Assembly: GCA_023231475.1 (NCBI GenBank)
Contig: JALJEE010000664.1
Span: 1 to 55,636, forward strand
DNA from: Seison nebaliae
Lineage: Eukaryota
Reading direction: 5' to 3'
Length of the DNA stretch: 55,636 nucleotides
The position numbers and the translations under genes are program-made. The stretch's first letter is position 1, and every line of letters starts with the position of its first letter. Under the pieces are notes generated by a model. That model made no database searches. It saw nothing but the letters and a program-made list of their open reading frames with translations, and was not told the DNA's origin. Shown here in pieces: positions 11,204-23,816 of this stretch.

Positions 11204-13370
11204 ATGAAACGATTCTTCGAAAACAAGAGAATCGATATGTTTCTCTTCAATAAATTGTTAGCTAGTCATATTCTGGTGATCATGATCTATTTCAAGTTCT
11301 TTTGGAATGATGTGACAAGTACTCTCACCGATCTATTTAGTCATACTTATCTCAACATGAATAATGAGAAGATGGAAGAAAGTACTTCTTCTTTTCCATT
11401 TATGACGACAAATTCCTTATCTATTTTTTCGGTTAATCGGATTCTTATGGAACGAATTGGTTGGCAGATGATAATTCATTTGAAACAAAGATCCATCTCA
11501 TTCCATAATCGTATAGAAACGACTTTTATTGACGATATGAAGATGATTCTCGATAAATTCTCATCTTTATCTGATCGACTATTCTCTAAGCAAATCTTAC
11601 CAGAAATAATTTGGACAAACGGAGAATTGGAGTCGAAAAGCATGAAGGTTCATTTTGATGACGAGACTGTTCAGATATTTATTAGTACAGCTGCTGCATC
11701 ACGAACATTTCATATGATGATTTGTGTGTCTATATTTCTCATAGCATTAACGTTCATTTGGAAGAGGTTATGTAAGATCTACAAATATTTTACAGTTGAT
11801 TTTGAAGAATGTGGAATCGATCATTTCAACGAATGTCTTATCACCTTCATTCCGAGTATCATCGAATTACGAATAATTCCGGTTGAAGTTCAGGATTTCC
11901 CCTTCACTTATCCAAAATCTTCCCAAATTTGTATATGTTATCATTCCTTCGACCTTCTCCCACCACCATTAACATCAACCTTGCCAATTTTTACTGAAAC
12001 TTCGAGAAATGATCAAAGTGGGGACCAACCTGATAGTAACATTGAGTTAGATGGAAAGATTGATGAGAATTTAATTGAAACAGATCAAACAGAAAAGAAT
12101 AATTGGACACCTTCTGATCCAATGATGCATGTGGAAGTTCCATATTTCGTGGGACCGAAAGACATGGAATGTATATTACTAAATAACGATCAAGTCTTTC
12201 CATCTGAAGATAACAATATGTTAAATGGAGACAACGGTACAGATGAAGATATTGAAAATAAATCAATATTAGATAATGAGCATGAAATTGCCAGAAAACA
12301 AGGAATATTAAGTAATCTCGCCGTCTTCTGTCGAGAAACGAATATTGCTAATCAATCAACTATCGGAGATCCTGATGAACATAATAGTGAGAAGGATCAT
12401 CTTCCTCAACGATCACAGGAAAATGTGAAGATTGTTAATAGTAAAGAAGATAATATTTATTTACCATATGATCCACCCACAAATTGTCGACAGGTACATG
12501 ATGATATGACATTGCAGACACTGGATGATATTTGTTTTGAACAGACTGCTACTATTTATGATACAGGAAATGACAAACAAATTAATAAAATAAAAGTGCC
12601 GATTCCATCAGTTGCAGAGTCCCTATCAAAAGCACAAGTACCGACGCATAATCGAGAAAATTGGATTTTGCGTCATTCTCATGAATATTTGGAGAAGCAC
12701 AATCAAGAACTCTCCATGCATCAAATCAATGATTTAATTGAAGAAACAGAAAAGAATTGTCAAGTTTAAATCTTTTAAAAAATTGATTCTTTTCTAATTT
12801 GTTTTTGACATATTCAAATAACTGTAGGTTGCTAAGGAAATTTCGAAGAAGAATGATAGTGTGGAACATTTGGAATTCCAACATCTGGTTAAGAAGATTA
12901 ACTTAGAGAATAGTAATATTGATGAACGGATTCGTTATCGACGACCATCTTCCATCCATTTGCAGCAACCATTAAAATTCGGAAATCGAATAATAGCACG
13001 AAGTCAGTTTAATAGTATTATTAAAATGACGAAAGAAATTGAAGAAAAAGAAAAAGTACAGGTAAAAGCCAAATCACTTCCAAAATTTGGTAGTGTAGGA
13101 CATGGACAACCAGAAAGAAAAAATATCCCTAAGAGCAACAATAGATTACGAATGAAGCCAAAGAAACAATGTACGTCACTTTTGGCTTTACGACCACAAA
13201 CTAAAGACTTTTGTATGAGACCTCCAAAAATTAAGAAATCGAAAAATTTATTTAGACGCGAAAATTTCCCGAACGCACCTACAGAATTGGTTAATTATCT
13301 TAAGCGAGGTGTCTCCATGGAATTAGCAACCAAGTTAAGAAAACAATTCGACAAGTCGTCAGTATCCTAA
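11204..13370 (+). CDS. Uncharacterised 2-exon protein: internal TM segment, acidic middle, basic C-terminus
   Basis: 521-aa ORF joins 12861 ORF by phase-0 GTTTAA..CTGTAG intron (about 12764-12827); TM-like MMICVSIFLIALTFIW. Confidence 0.65.
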
Positions 13371-14171
13371 ACATAAACTTCTTTTCCTTGTAATTCGCGC
13401 TTTCAATTCGAATGTAAGTTTCTTCTTTTCTTCTACAACGACGAATCTCTATTGTTTAATGTTACACCAGCACCTCATTTCTATCTGATTAGCGATGAGG
13501 GTTGTAATTTGAAGAGATTTCCCATTCCCTCTATCAGGCAAAAAAGTCTTTCCACTTGTCATTTGTTGCACGTCTAGCGAGAAGACCTTGAATACATTGT
13601 CATTCCATCTCTTTGGAATTATATTACTAATATACTGTTCTCTCATTTTGTATGTGCTTCACATGTACAAATAATAGTCTGTAGGTTAGATAGTTATATT
13701 TGTATGTAGACATTCTAATTATCAACATTATAAAATGCACATACTTACTTCTTGCTTATCAATAAAGAAGGGAAATTAATATTTCTTCGAAATGTCATTA
13801 CATAATTCTACGATGAGAGAAACGGAAAGGGAATTCTTTTTGGGGATATAATGATTATAATAACAATTTTTTGTTGATGACTTACATTAACTTCCGTTGT
13901 AACAAAGTTTATGACTCAGTAAATAACTTGTTATTCTCGCTTATTTTTAAATCTCCAACCATCCTAAGCTGATGGATGAGGGGACACGATTGAACTTTCA
14001 ATAATTTAGCAACATGAAAATAAAAATCTTTCCATCAAACTTTCATCTTATTAAGTAATTTCATAACTAATTCGTTTTGAATTTTTCATTTTACTTCTCG
14101 TTTCTTCTTGTTCCTTTTTTTTCAATAACTCAAATTTACCGTTTCAAATCTCTTGAATCAGATTTTTTAAA

Positions 14172-15494
14172 ATGAACTTCAATTTTAAGAATCTCCAAAA
14201 TCAAGCAAATCTCATATTCTCTCGTACCAAACAAGTTGATTTTCAGTTCAGTTACTTATTACAATAAACAATTCTAGGCTGCCGAAGAACGATTGGGTCA
14301 TGCTGAAAAAACGGTATATGATGACGAATTTGAGCACTTGTGTGCAAATGCCGATTTGACGGCAACATGGTCTGACAAGATTAAGTCAAATCTCGAATCG
14401 GTTATCGATCCTAACCCATGTTTCATTTATTTTTTAAATTTATTTTTTGTTATATTTTTGTCAATTGGAAGTAAATCGAACGGAAGATATGATAATGAGT
14501 AAATTTGATGATAAACCTTTACCACCTCGTTCAACTTACACAGAAATGCTGGGTAACATAATGCGAATTTCGGGTGAAGATTTCGGTCGCTCAAGTCCAT
14601 ATGGATCAGCTTTGATTAAAGTGGGAGAGAGTCAGCAAAAAATTGGATGGGCTGAACAAGAATTTATAATGCGAGCTACTAATTCCTACTTGCAACCTAT
14701 TCGTAGTTTTCTTAATGGCGATATGAAGAATATAATAAAAGAACGGAATTTACTCGAACAAAAACGATTACAAATGGATGCCATAACTAATAAGTTGAAA
14801 AAAGGAGAATCGTCTAATAAGGTTAACATTGTCTGTCGTCACTCTATAGCACATGGATATTAACAATTATTTTATTCTTTAAACTATAAAAGTCGGAGGA
14901 AGATATACAAGTAATTTTATATGCTAATCTTAATTTGTGCTATTAATTTATCTATTATTTTAGTGTAACTTCTAATTGTTTTGTCTTAGAGTGTATTTTA
15001 TTTGAAACTTTTATCGTCATAACTAAAAAAAAATATTTTGATCTTTAGAATGAAGCTCGAGCTGCTGAAGCTAAAAGAGAATTTGAAAGACAATATGACA
15101 TAACAAAACTCTTATTAAACCAAGTTCCCCAAACTCAAGTTCCTTTTTATTTACAATCTTATTTAGTTCCAATGTACTTGATTTGATACAGGAACATCAT
15201 TTACGATGTTTAATGGATTTCGTTGATTCTCAAATTCATTATTATAAATCATCGGCGGAAATTTTAGAGAACTTGAAATCACAATTATCAGGGTATTGTA
15301 TGAATTTTCCTTAATTTTAGTTTTTCTTTTTTGTGAAACTCACGAATTGACATCATAGTGCTATTATCATTCTCTATCTGCTTCTTTGTCATCTTCACAT
15401 TGTTTATGCTTCAACTATCTCATTTCTTCTCTTCTATCTTACTTTTAGTGGTAAACACAGTAAACGTTCAGAGTTAGGTTCCGCTCGTCCATGA
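14172..15494 (+). CDS. SH3GLB1: Endophilin B (SH3GLB family) N-BAR protein without SH3; exons 14172-14234, 14278-14419, 14472-14821, (14893-14910), 15049-15138, 15192-15292, 15449-15494
   Basis: MNFNFKNL..FSRTKQ, EERLGHAEKT.YD, DPNP, FGRSSPYGSALIKVGE, YLQPIRSFLNGDMKNIIKER, EFERQYDITKLLL, HHLRCLMDFVDSQ are diagnostic of endophilin B; AATAAA just after stop. Confidence 0.9.
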
Positions 15495-15973
15495 CCTAAT
15501 AAAAATATTTACGTCATATCGGAAATATGTAGGACGAAACGATCAGATATAGCGCAACAGATTTAGAATAAAAGGCAATCTGAAATTTGTTGAATTGAAA
15601 CAGGCTAATCCATAAGTGTTATTTTTACTTTCTTTAAACAAATGAAAATGTCAAAGATAATTCTCTCATTATTTCCACAATTTTTGCTTTTTACCACTAA
15701 CTCGCTATTTCTATTTTAACTTTTATTGGATGTCAATCAATTATCATATCTTCCATTGATATTTTGTGATTAAAACTTTTTCTTTTGCTCGTAAATTTCT
15801 TATTCTTATTAACTTTGTTCTTTGTGCTAAAGTGATCGTAAAATAAAACCAATGATACTACCTAATATTACTACAATTCCGGACGAAAAGGGATTTGATA
15901 TAATTGAGAATGTGAAAGCGGAAATGTCAACAGATGTCGAATTAATTCCATACAAAAGACAGGATTCAAGTGA

Positions 15974-17770
15974 TCATGAAGATTTGTCTCTTGATTCATC
16001 CATAAAAGATGGAGATTTGTGATGACGAGATAGATTGTTAATTCCGCGCAAATTCCTATATCTTCCATCAAGCCGAATAATTACTCACTCTTTTAGGAAG
16101 TGTATCAACTTTCTTCATTCTAATTGTTGTTCTGTTACATATAAAATTTTAGTGAATTGTGGAAAAAAAATTTTTTGTACGAAAATTTTCCTTCACAGAT
16201 GCGAGGAATATAAGAATTGAAGTAATGAATAATTTTCTATTTCCATCCATTACAGATACGTATTCTTGTTAGAATATCTACCGATTTTCTATCCGATAAT
16301 CGTTGTCAAACGAACAATTATAATTAATTTCATTCTCAAACGTTTGATCCTTCAATTCTTCCTGTACTGTCCTTTCAATTCGTATAATAATTGTGTCGTA
16401 TTCTTTTCTAACGGTGGCAATAATGCTGTTGATGGAAATGGCAATAATAATAGTAATAAATATGTGAACCGAAATTTTCTCTCCATCCGAAATATAATTT
16501 AACCTTTTTTCATTTTCTCCTTATCAGCCGACGATGTTCGTATTAACTCACGATTCTTTAACTTAATCCTTTCCATAGCTTCTCCATATGAGTTATATTG
16601 AATAAATGCAAAGTTTTCATTATCTTCATATTTCCATTTTTCTATCCATAATTACATAGTTTATTGCCACAACATTTCATTCGTATCACATCATCCGAAA
16701 TCACGAATACAAAATATTTATTTTAATACTAATAAAATTTGCGTTTAAAATAAAACCTTCTGTTATGACACATTTATCGTTAATCGAATCTAATACAGAG
16801 ATGGGAGCCAATGGACATTCTTCAAAAAAAACTTTGGATCGTCGATTAACAGCTGATTTGTTTCTTTTTTGATATTTCACTAGTTTTAATTTACATCTGG
16901 TTGTAGCGAGAAGTTTATAATCGATCATTGAATCAATATTCTTCATAGCGAAAATCTCTTTCACTTTCTTCTCTAAAGAACCACAAGTTTGTTAGTTATT
17001 ATGTTAAAATAAATATTACCATCGACTTTATTACAAGTACCATAAAAAATTGATAATAAATCTCTCAAAGAGATTTTCCATGTTTGATCGCGATCAAGGT
17101 ATTTGAATAAATCAAGTAGTCGTTCCTTTCTCTTATTCACATGACTTTGTAGGATGTCGAGAAAATTGAGAAGATCCTTTTCTTTAAGTTTTGGTTTCGC
17201 CTTTAATTTTTTCGGTTTATCCTAACGAAATAGCACAATAATCATACATGTTTGACAAATGAAAGATAACTGGACAAGGTACAATATCAGTTTGAGTGGT
17301 TTGGTTTTTAGTAGTTAGTTGTCTTAACACTCTATTTTCAATCGGTAATAAATTCGATCCGTTCTCGAACTTCTTCAAGAAATAAGATCGTTGCTTCAAC
17401 GTCCGTTCGGTATTAAACAATTGATTAATGACATTTGGAGATGCATCGATGTTTAACGATGAAACTATGTTTGGATAACTCATCTTCTCCCATTGCCCAC
17501 TCTGATCTTTGGCATCTTTGCTATAAAAATTTTTTAGAACATCATTCGACATGATATGTCTACGTTTCCTCACATTTTGATATTGCCAATACTTATTTGC
17601 AATATTATGCACTTTGACCGGTCTATGAAGCGAGTCACTAGAACTATTTTCGTCAAATATATTAACCGAAGATCTTTCTGTTCATATTTGAGAATCTGTT
17701 CATCGATTGGAGTATAATATATGTTATCTGGATGAAATAACTTATCTAGATGAAGGTCATCGTTTATCAT
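15974..17770 (-). CDS. EF-hand protein resembling EFCAB12; 3' exons unresolved
   Basis: LFHPD...KYEQKDLR N-terminal motif, PIENRVLRQL, and an exon missed by the ORF track (about 17221-17020) LDILQSHVNKRKERLLDLFKYLDRDQTWKISLRDL (EF-hand) followed by IDSMIDYKLL. Confidence 0.55.
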
Positions 17771-18184
17771 AATTATTTACTAATTCTGTTATCCTTGACG
17801 TTAATGGTGATAAGAGTTCTGTTCAGATTTTCTTCTTTAAATTTATTTGATATTTCTTTGAAATAAAATTTAATCTTTAGCTCCGTAAAATTCTTGCACA
17901 TACTAATTTTCATTTTACCATATTTCTTTTATTATAAAAAAAACCAAAAATATATGTTAGGAGAACGTTAAAAAGATAGAATGTTTGTTAATAGAGTTGC
18001 TTTATTTGATTAAATAAGAAATGGAAGAGAAGAAATTGCCTTCTCTTCAATGACTGAAAGGAAAATGATAGAAATAATTATTGTCGGTATCGATGAAAAA
18101 ATCTATAAAATTCGTTCTGAATAAACTTGTTAATGAAATTGAAAAAAATAAAATATGAAATTATCTATAATGAACCGATACCGA

Positions 18185-21100
18185 TTACATCGATTCGTCA
18201 GATGAGGAGATTGACGAATGACGTGATGAACAAGGAGTGCGCGAATAAAGTAGTGGAGAGATCTCGAGTAAGTAGTTTTCTTCAGTTGCAATAGCGAACT
18301 CTTTCAAATAAGATAATCTGAGTACATCGAGAAAGATGACGGGCAAAAGAGTTGTCTGATCAAAATCGCATTCGTCTATCAATGCTGCGATAATGGGATA
18401 TTGATATATTTTCGTAAAATTGAACATTTTTGGTAATAAATATTCGATAACTTCATTCTTCTTCCGTTCCAAAGGAGTCGATGAAATTGTCTCATCAGTT
18501 TTCTTCACTTCTTGTTCGGCAGGAAACAAATAATTGCCAATATAATCTTTTGCCAATACTCCATCGAAATAGAAATCGGAATTTGGTAATTGATTTCCAT
18601 TCCAAATATCTTCTAACTTATCCTTCAAATTATGGTCATATAACGATAATTGTGAAAACGATTCAATCTCGTTAAGTGGTGAGAGAACTGTCGATAACGA
18701 ACGGAAAACTTTTTTCACCAAATCAATATCTTTAAATGTCAATCGATTATCTTGCATCACTTTTCGAACTTGATATAGAGTCAAACTGTAATTATTCTCA
18801 CGAAATGCTTTCGAAACAGCAAGATCAATTACTGTTTCGTCATAAGTGATTAATTCTTCTAAATAAGACAAATAAATATCGACAATATTATCTACATTCT
18901 CATGATTCTTACTGAGAAGAATGAAGTCATATAATTCATTTTTTTCTGCACCTTCGATTAAATTCATATAAATCCAAATTCCTTCTTTCGAATCTCTAAT
19001 ACTTGATTCTTTATTTCCAGCATATGCTTGAATTGTGGGGAAGAATAATGTCTGATCATTCTTCTTATCGAAATCTAGTAAATATCGAACATGCTCATTA
19101 TTGACCGCTGCCATATTGGAGATACTCCACATAACATCGCGACATATTCTCGGTGATGATCTATCCATCAATTTCAAAAATACATCAATAACTCCTAATT
19201 CCATGATGGCCAAGGAAACATCTGGAGATCCTTCATAAATCATGTTGCCTATCGCTCTCAATATACCAATTGCCACCGAGAAATCAACTGTTGTATCATT
19301 CAATATGGAGAATAGTTTGAGGAGGAATCGTCGAAATAGGATTTTATCTTTCATCGGAATCGAATCGTCTTTGAGACAAATCCAATTGAGAATGGAATGT
19401 TTGGATAGACAGTCTACGAAATAAGAGAGACACCAACCCATATCTTTTAGAAATTCACTATTACTATATTCAGAATTCCATTTACTTATCATTTCATTTG
19501 GAATATTTTCACATCTTTCATCAATGAGTAAAAGTTTGTAAACTAATGTCAACATTCTTTTCGTTTTACTTTTTGTCCAAATATGTTCATCGTTCGCTGT
19601 TCTCACCATGTTGCAGAAGGTCCAAGCGATTTGTTTCAATTCTTTCTCTGACATTGACGGAGCATAACATTTCATTCCTTCATAATCAGATTCATCTTTC
19701 CTTTCATATAATTCCTCATTCTTCTTCTTTTGACAATAGAAACCCAATTCCTTTATATTATGACAATTAATCATTTCAATCTCCTTCAAATTCTCCCGAT
19801 AATCATCTTTTTTTATTATATTTTTCTTATTCACCGAGTCATATTTATCGAATAATCTCAATTCAGCATCTGATTTTTTATTATAACGAATATAGAGTGG
19901 ACGAACGAGAACTTCCAAATAGTCAAGTGTTCCTGATTCTATCGCATTTCGTCGTGTTCGTCCACCTTCTCCCAAAACATTGCCCATTAGCCAAATTGCT
20001 TGTTCGCGTATTCTCGATTCGTAACCTAATAATCGCGAATCATTCCCATCACTCATTTCACACAAATAAATGTAAATGTGATTTATTACCTTCTCCTCCT
20101 TCTTATCAATGACAATAAATCGGTGAAAGTATTTGGTAGATAATAACAGAAAGAAATTACATTGCAATGTTCGATAAGAATTAGCACATCGAACATATAT
20201 GTGGTCGAAATTCTTCAAATATTCACAACAATATTTCCTCAAATTATTTCCTTTCCATTTCAATGTTTTAATAATTTTATTCAAGATCGATAATATTTTT
20301 TTCATTATATCGATGATCATATTTTCTTCTTTCTCCATGACTATCTCAAATCGAATCAATTGACCATCTTCCGTTTTTTCGATCTTTTTTAATAATTTCG
20401 ATTTTCTTTTATTGAATAAACATTCTTCATCATTCTCTATATCTAATTTCATTTCCACTTCCATCTCTTTCGCCATCGAACGGCAATAACTAGAAAATAT
20501 TTGAGGATGTCCATTCTAAAAATATTAACTAGCTCAATCTCACATAGAAATCTCGTCGACATTCGAATTGTTGAAGATTTATATAATTGATTGTTGCCGT
20601 ATCTTTCGAAAGGAATATCATATCATCCAAAATATCTTGATATGCTGTACACGACATAATTAAGGCCATTGAATATGCACCGGATGCGACGACTTCATAC
20701 ACTTCATCAGCTGAACCGGATGCAGCAATATTAGTGAGGACCCACGAAGTCTCGAAAACCAAATTCAAATGTAGTTGTACTCGTTTCATCAACTCATCGA
20801 TTGGATTATTCTTTCCATCTCTCATAAAACTCACACAATCGATAAAGTCATTCAATTGAATTAAATTCAAATTATTTTTCATTAGTTCCAATGTGAATTG
20901 AGTGAGCAAATTATTATTCTTTTGGAAAGGAAATACCTCTTTCAGTGCATTATCTTCATCAGAAATTTTGGTTCCTTCGCCCGCTGGAGAGAATTTTCGC
21001 ACCATGTCCAACATTCCGTTAAGCACTTCATCCGATTCAATATTACTCGCCGAGAGCTGTTTCCTTGCACGGATTATTACGGAAGTTAATTGTTCTCGAT

Positions 21101-21214
21101 CCACATCCTAATGAATGATAATTTTGAGAAATTTTAATAAAATATGGATTTGTGAAGAAAATTAACTGCGAATCTTCTATTAAATCCATTATGATTTAAA
21201 GATCTTACAGCCAT
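18185..21214 (-). CDS. Divergent, expanded importin-alpha (karyopherin alpha); exons 21214-21167, 21107-20530, 20489-18185, about 976 aa; 5' end uncertain
   Basis: ARM helix-3 motifs in order: FETSWVLTNIAASG, REQAIWLMGNVLGE, IAWTFCNMVR, DMGWCLSYFVD, LRAIGNMI, RDVMWSISNMAA, KEGIWIYMN. Confidence 0.85.
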
Positions 21215-21530
21215 CGTTCTATTAAAAAATTAGAATAAGTGAACAAACTGAATTGCATAATATTCTTGAAATATTTTTCTCTTGATTTCATGTTCACTTA
21301 TTTATTATAGATGAAATAATACAAATCCTTTCTTTTTTTCTCCTTCTATTTATTTAAAGTTTTGGCTGTAATAAAAGTTTAAGTTTAACCTCAAGTCCAA
21401 AATAAAAACTAATAAACTTGCAAATTTGGGGATGATTCTTATACGAAATGTTTACTTTTGTAAAAAAATTAAACATTTTTCAGACAAATTTTAACTCTTC
21501 AAATCACTCTATTTCAGGTATTATTAATAT

Positions 21531-21620
21531 TTATATTTTTCTTATTCACCGAGTCATATTTATCGAATAATCTCAATTTAGCATCTGATTTTTTATTATA
21601 ACGAATATAGAGTGGACGAA
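21531..21620. repeat. 90-bp direct copy of importin-alpha coding segment 19816-19905
   Basis: 89/90 identical (ATTCAGC vs ATTTAGC), same orientation. Confidence 0.95.
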
Positions 21621-21749
21621 AATCAGGGACATGATAAGAAATATTGAAGTTGGATGTCAACGATACAGCATATTCAAGGGAAAGAGGATAGATTATCCTG
21701 TAATAGCGGCAGAAAAATTTGAGAGGCGACGAGAAGCCCTTACATTGTG

Positions 21750-22471
21750 TATACGGTGGAACTGGAAGAGTTGAACTGCGGGAGAATCAACTACTTTCAG
21801 ATACCTCTGCAACAGGAGTTACGGCAAAGGGGTTTGAGTGATCAATTCGCAGATCGTGAACATAAATGCTCTATTGAAATGTTTATGACAGCCGAGCATC
21901 ATCCGAACTGTTCTATTATAGGTACGATCAAGACATCGTAATGACTTTTCGGTATTCGAGATAAATACCGGTAAACCATAAAAGTCACAACAAATAATTC
22001 CAACTTCAATTTGAGAGATAAAACTTGCAAAGATGATGAAATGAATACAATGATCTGACAATTGTGATCTATTGTGAGAAATTTACATCTCACTCGATCT
22101 ACCAATGTTGAACTTTTCCTCTTCGAATCAATCTGACATCCAAGAAAACAGACCTCCTTGCTCCAATTTTCTCCAATTCCATGTTCCACGTTGACTGAAT
22201 CGAAAGCTTTCGATGCATCCATGAGAAAGAAAACAAATTTCGAATTTAGAAAACGAGATGACGGGATAAGAAATTTCAGAAGGAGAATAAATGGCAAACT
22301 ACCTCTACTATTTTCCCGATAAGTGAATTGAAATTTCGACGAACCTGACTCTTTCGCATATCTTTTCTTAATAATCTTCTCTGTCACTTTAATTAGTCCA
22401 CTGTAAATATTGCTGATAATTAATTTGTTCATTAAGATATTTTTATTCAATCCATTAGAAATTAAATTCAA
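21750..22471 (-). mobile_element. Degenerate LINE reverse-transcriptase relic with internal deletion and frameshift
   Basis: SGLIKVTEKII, QFTYRENS, FFLMDASKAFDSV (RT subdomains 1-3), then jumps to VCFLGCQI (subdomain 7, YADD region missing), then shifted frame CCDFYGLP...YNRTVRMMLG..FNRAFMF. Confidence 0.85.
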
Positions 22472-22640
22472 AAATGTAAGAAAAAATATTAGCGACTACG
22501 TGTAAAATAATAATAATCGGATTGTTATAAAACTTCAAATTTTTCTGTTACTGAATAATCTTAATTGATAATTCCAATTTAAATATTTTATTGAACAACA
22601 AGTTAAAACTTTTACTTATTCAACCGCAGTAAATTTTTAA

Positions 22641-23816
22641 TTAACTACTTTCTTCTTCTTCTACAGATGTATCGATTTCAGATGTTTCTTCACCGGTTTG
22701 TTCAGTCCCTTTCCCTTTTGCTTTTTCTTTCTTTTTATTCCTTTTCTTCGCCTGTTCACGCTTCTTTTTTTTAAGGAGTTTGTCTTGTATTCTCTTTCGT
22801 AAGGCTTCGGGATCACTTTTTTTAGAAAATACTGAATTTTCACTCTCGTCTTGCAGTTTTGTATCATAACGTGTCGAGTTAAAGATAGCTATAATTTTGG
22901 CGCAATGAAGAATAATGACAGCTCCGTTCTTAAACACGAAGAAGAAATCATAAGGCGAATATGTGCGAAAGAGAGCTACGTGTAAAATGCGCATTGTTCC
23001 AAACAATCCGTCTTGAAGGAAAAGTTGCATCAATATAATCCACAATTTCCTCCCGATCAATTTTCCGGCATATGTTGTATCATTTTTAAAGCATGATGGT
23101 TCTGGTGCTTCCATGGTGAAGGCAAATTGAAAGACAGAAATCGTCCAAAACAAAATCATGATACCTGACTGATTCTTCAAGATGACATTTCTATCAGATG
23201 CCATCATCAATAAATCGCTTATGTCAGTTCCATAATATACACCATCATAAAGAATTTTTAAAAGTGCAATTCTTGTCACTTCGCCACGAGGCATAAGAAA
23301 GCGCACAGTGAGGAAAATTAGCCAGAAACCGTGAATTAGAATTAATGAGGTCAATTCACTCTCTAAAATCATACGAGTCAAATTATCTTCGTTGAACTTA
23401 AGATTTCCGGCTTCTTCTCTCAATTCCTTTCTTGATTTGGTAAGAAACCGATCGATTTCATTTCTTATTAATTCGAAATTTGGTTCAGCTGCATGATGCT
23501 GTTGTTTAAATCCGCGATCAGTTTCGATTAATGTTACCGGAATAATAATAGTCATAATATGTAGTCCAATCACAATGGAAAAACTACGACCCTCATAACC
23601 TCGCCGGAGCCAAATGGCGAAAACTAAATCGACACAAATGACGACAATTGAGAACAGACCTAGAAGTAAGAATTCTTTTTGTATAAAACCATAAGCTTGA
23701 AAATAATGTAAGAAGCGGTCGGATCTCAAATAAATGAGGTAAATCAAAGCGGCCGAATGTGTCGCTAAGACCATACGAGCAACTGTTGCTTTCAGTAATC
23801 TGGCTTCCCATACCAT
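22641..23816 (-). CDS. TMEM26: TMEM26-like multi-pass membrane protein, intronless
   Basis: LLKATVARMVLATHS N-terminus, RFLMPRGEVTR..L, LFLQDGLFGTMR, FFFVFKNGAVIIL match TMEM26 family motifs (RWLLP.G, QDGPF..LR, FF..KN.LV). Confidence 0.75.
   Translation of the reverse strand: MVWEARLLKATVARMVLATHSAALIYLIYLRSDRFLHYFQAYGFIQKEFLLLGLFSIVVICVDLVFAIWLRRGYEGRSFSIVIGLHIMTIIIPVTLIETDRGFKQQHHAAEPNFELIRNEIDRFLTKSRKELREEAGNLKFNEDNLTRMILESELTSLILIHGFWLIFLTVRFLMPRGEVTRIALLKILYDGVYYGTDISDLLMMASDRNVILKNQSGIMILFWTISVFQFAFTMEAPEPSCFKNDTTYAGKLIGRKLWIILMQLFLQDGLFGTMRILHVALFRTYSPYDFFFVFKNGAVIILHCAKIIAIFNSTRYDTKLQDESENSVFSKKSDPEALRKRIQDKLLKKKKREQAKKRNKKKEKAKGKGTEQTGEETSEIDTSVEEEESS

Noticed and set aside
13449..13646. 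Short minus ORF and a VERLF word hinting at a hAT relic
   Set aside because: Single weak motif among stops; not supportable
20490..20545. Apparent stop/frameshift splitting importin-alpha (pseudogene or recoding)
   Set aside because: Resolved by a 40-nt GTT..TAG intron (20529-20490); an alternative 28-nt GTGAGA intron also restores frame
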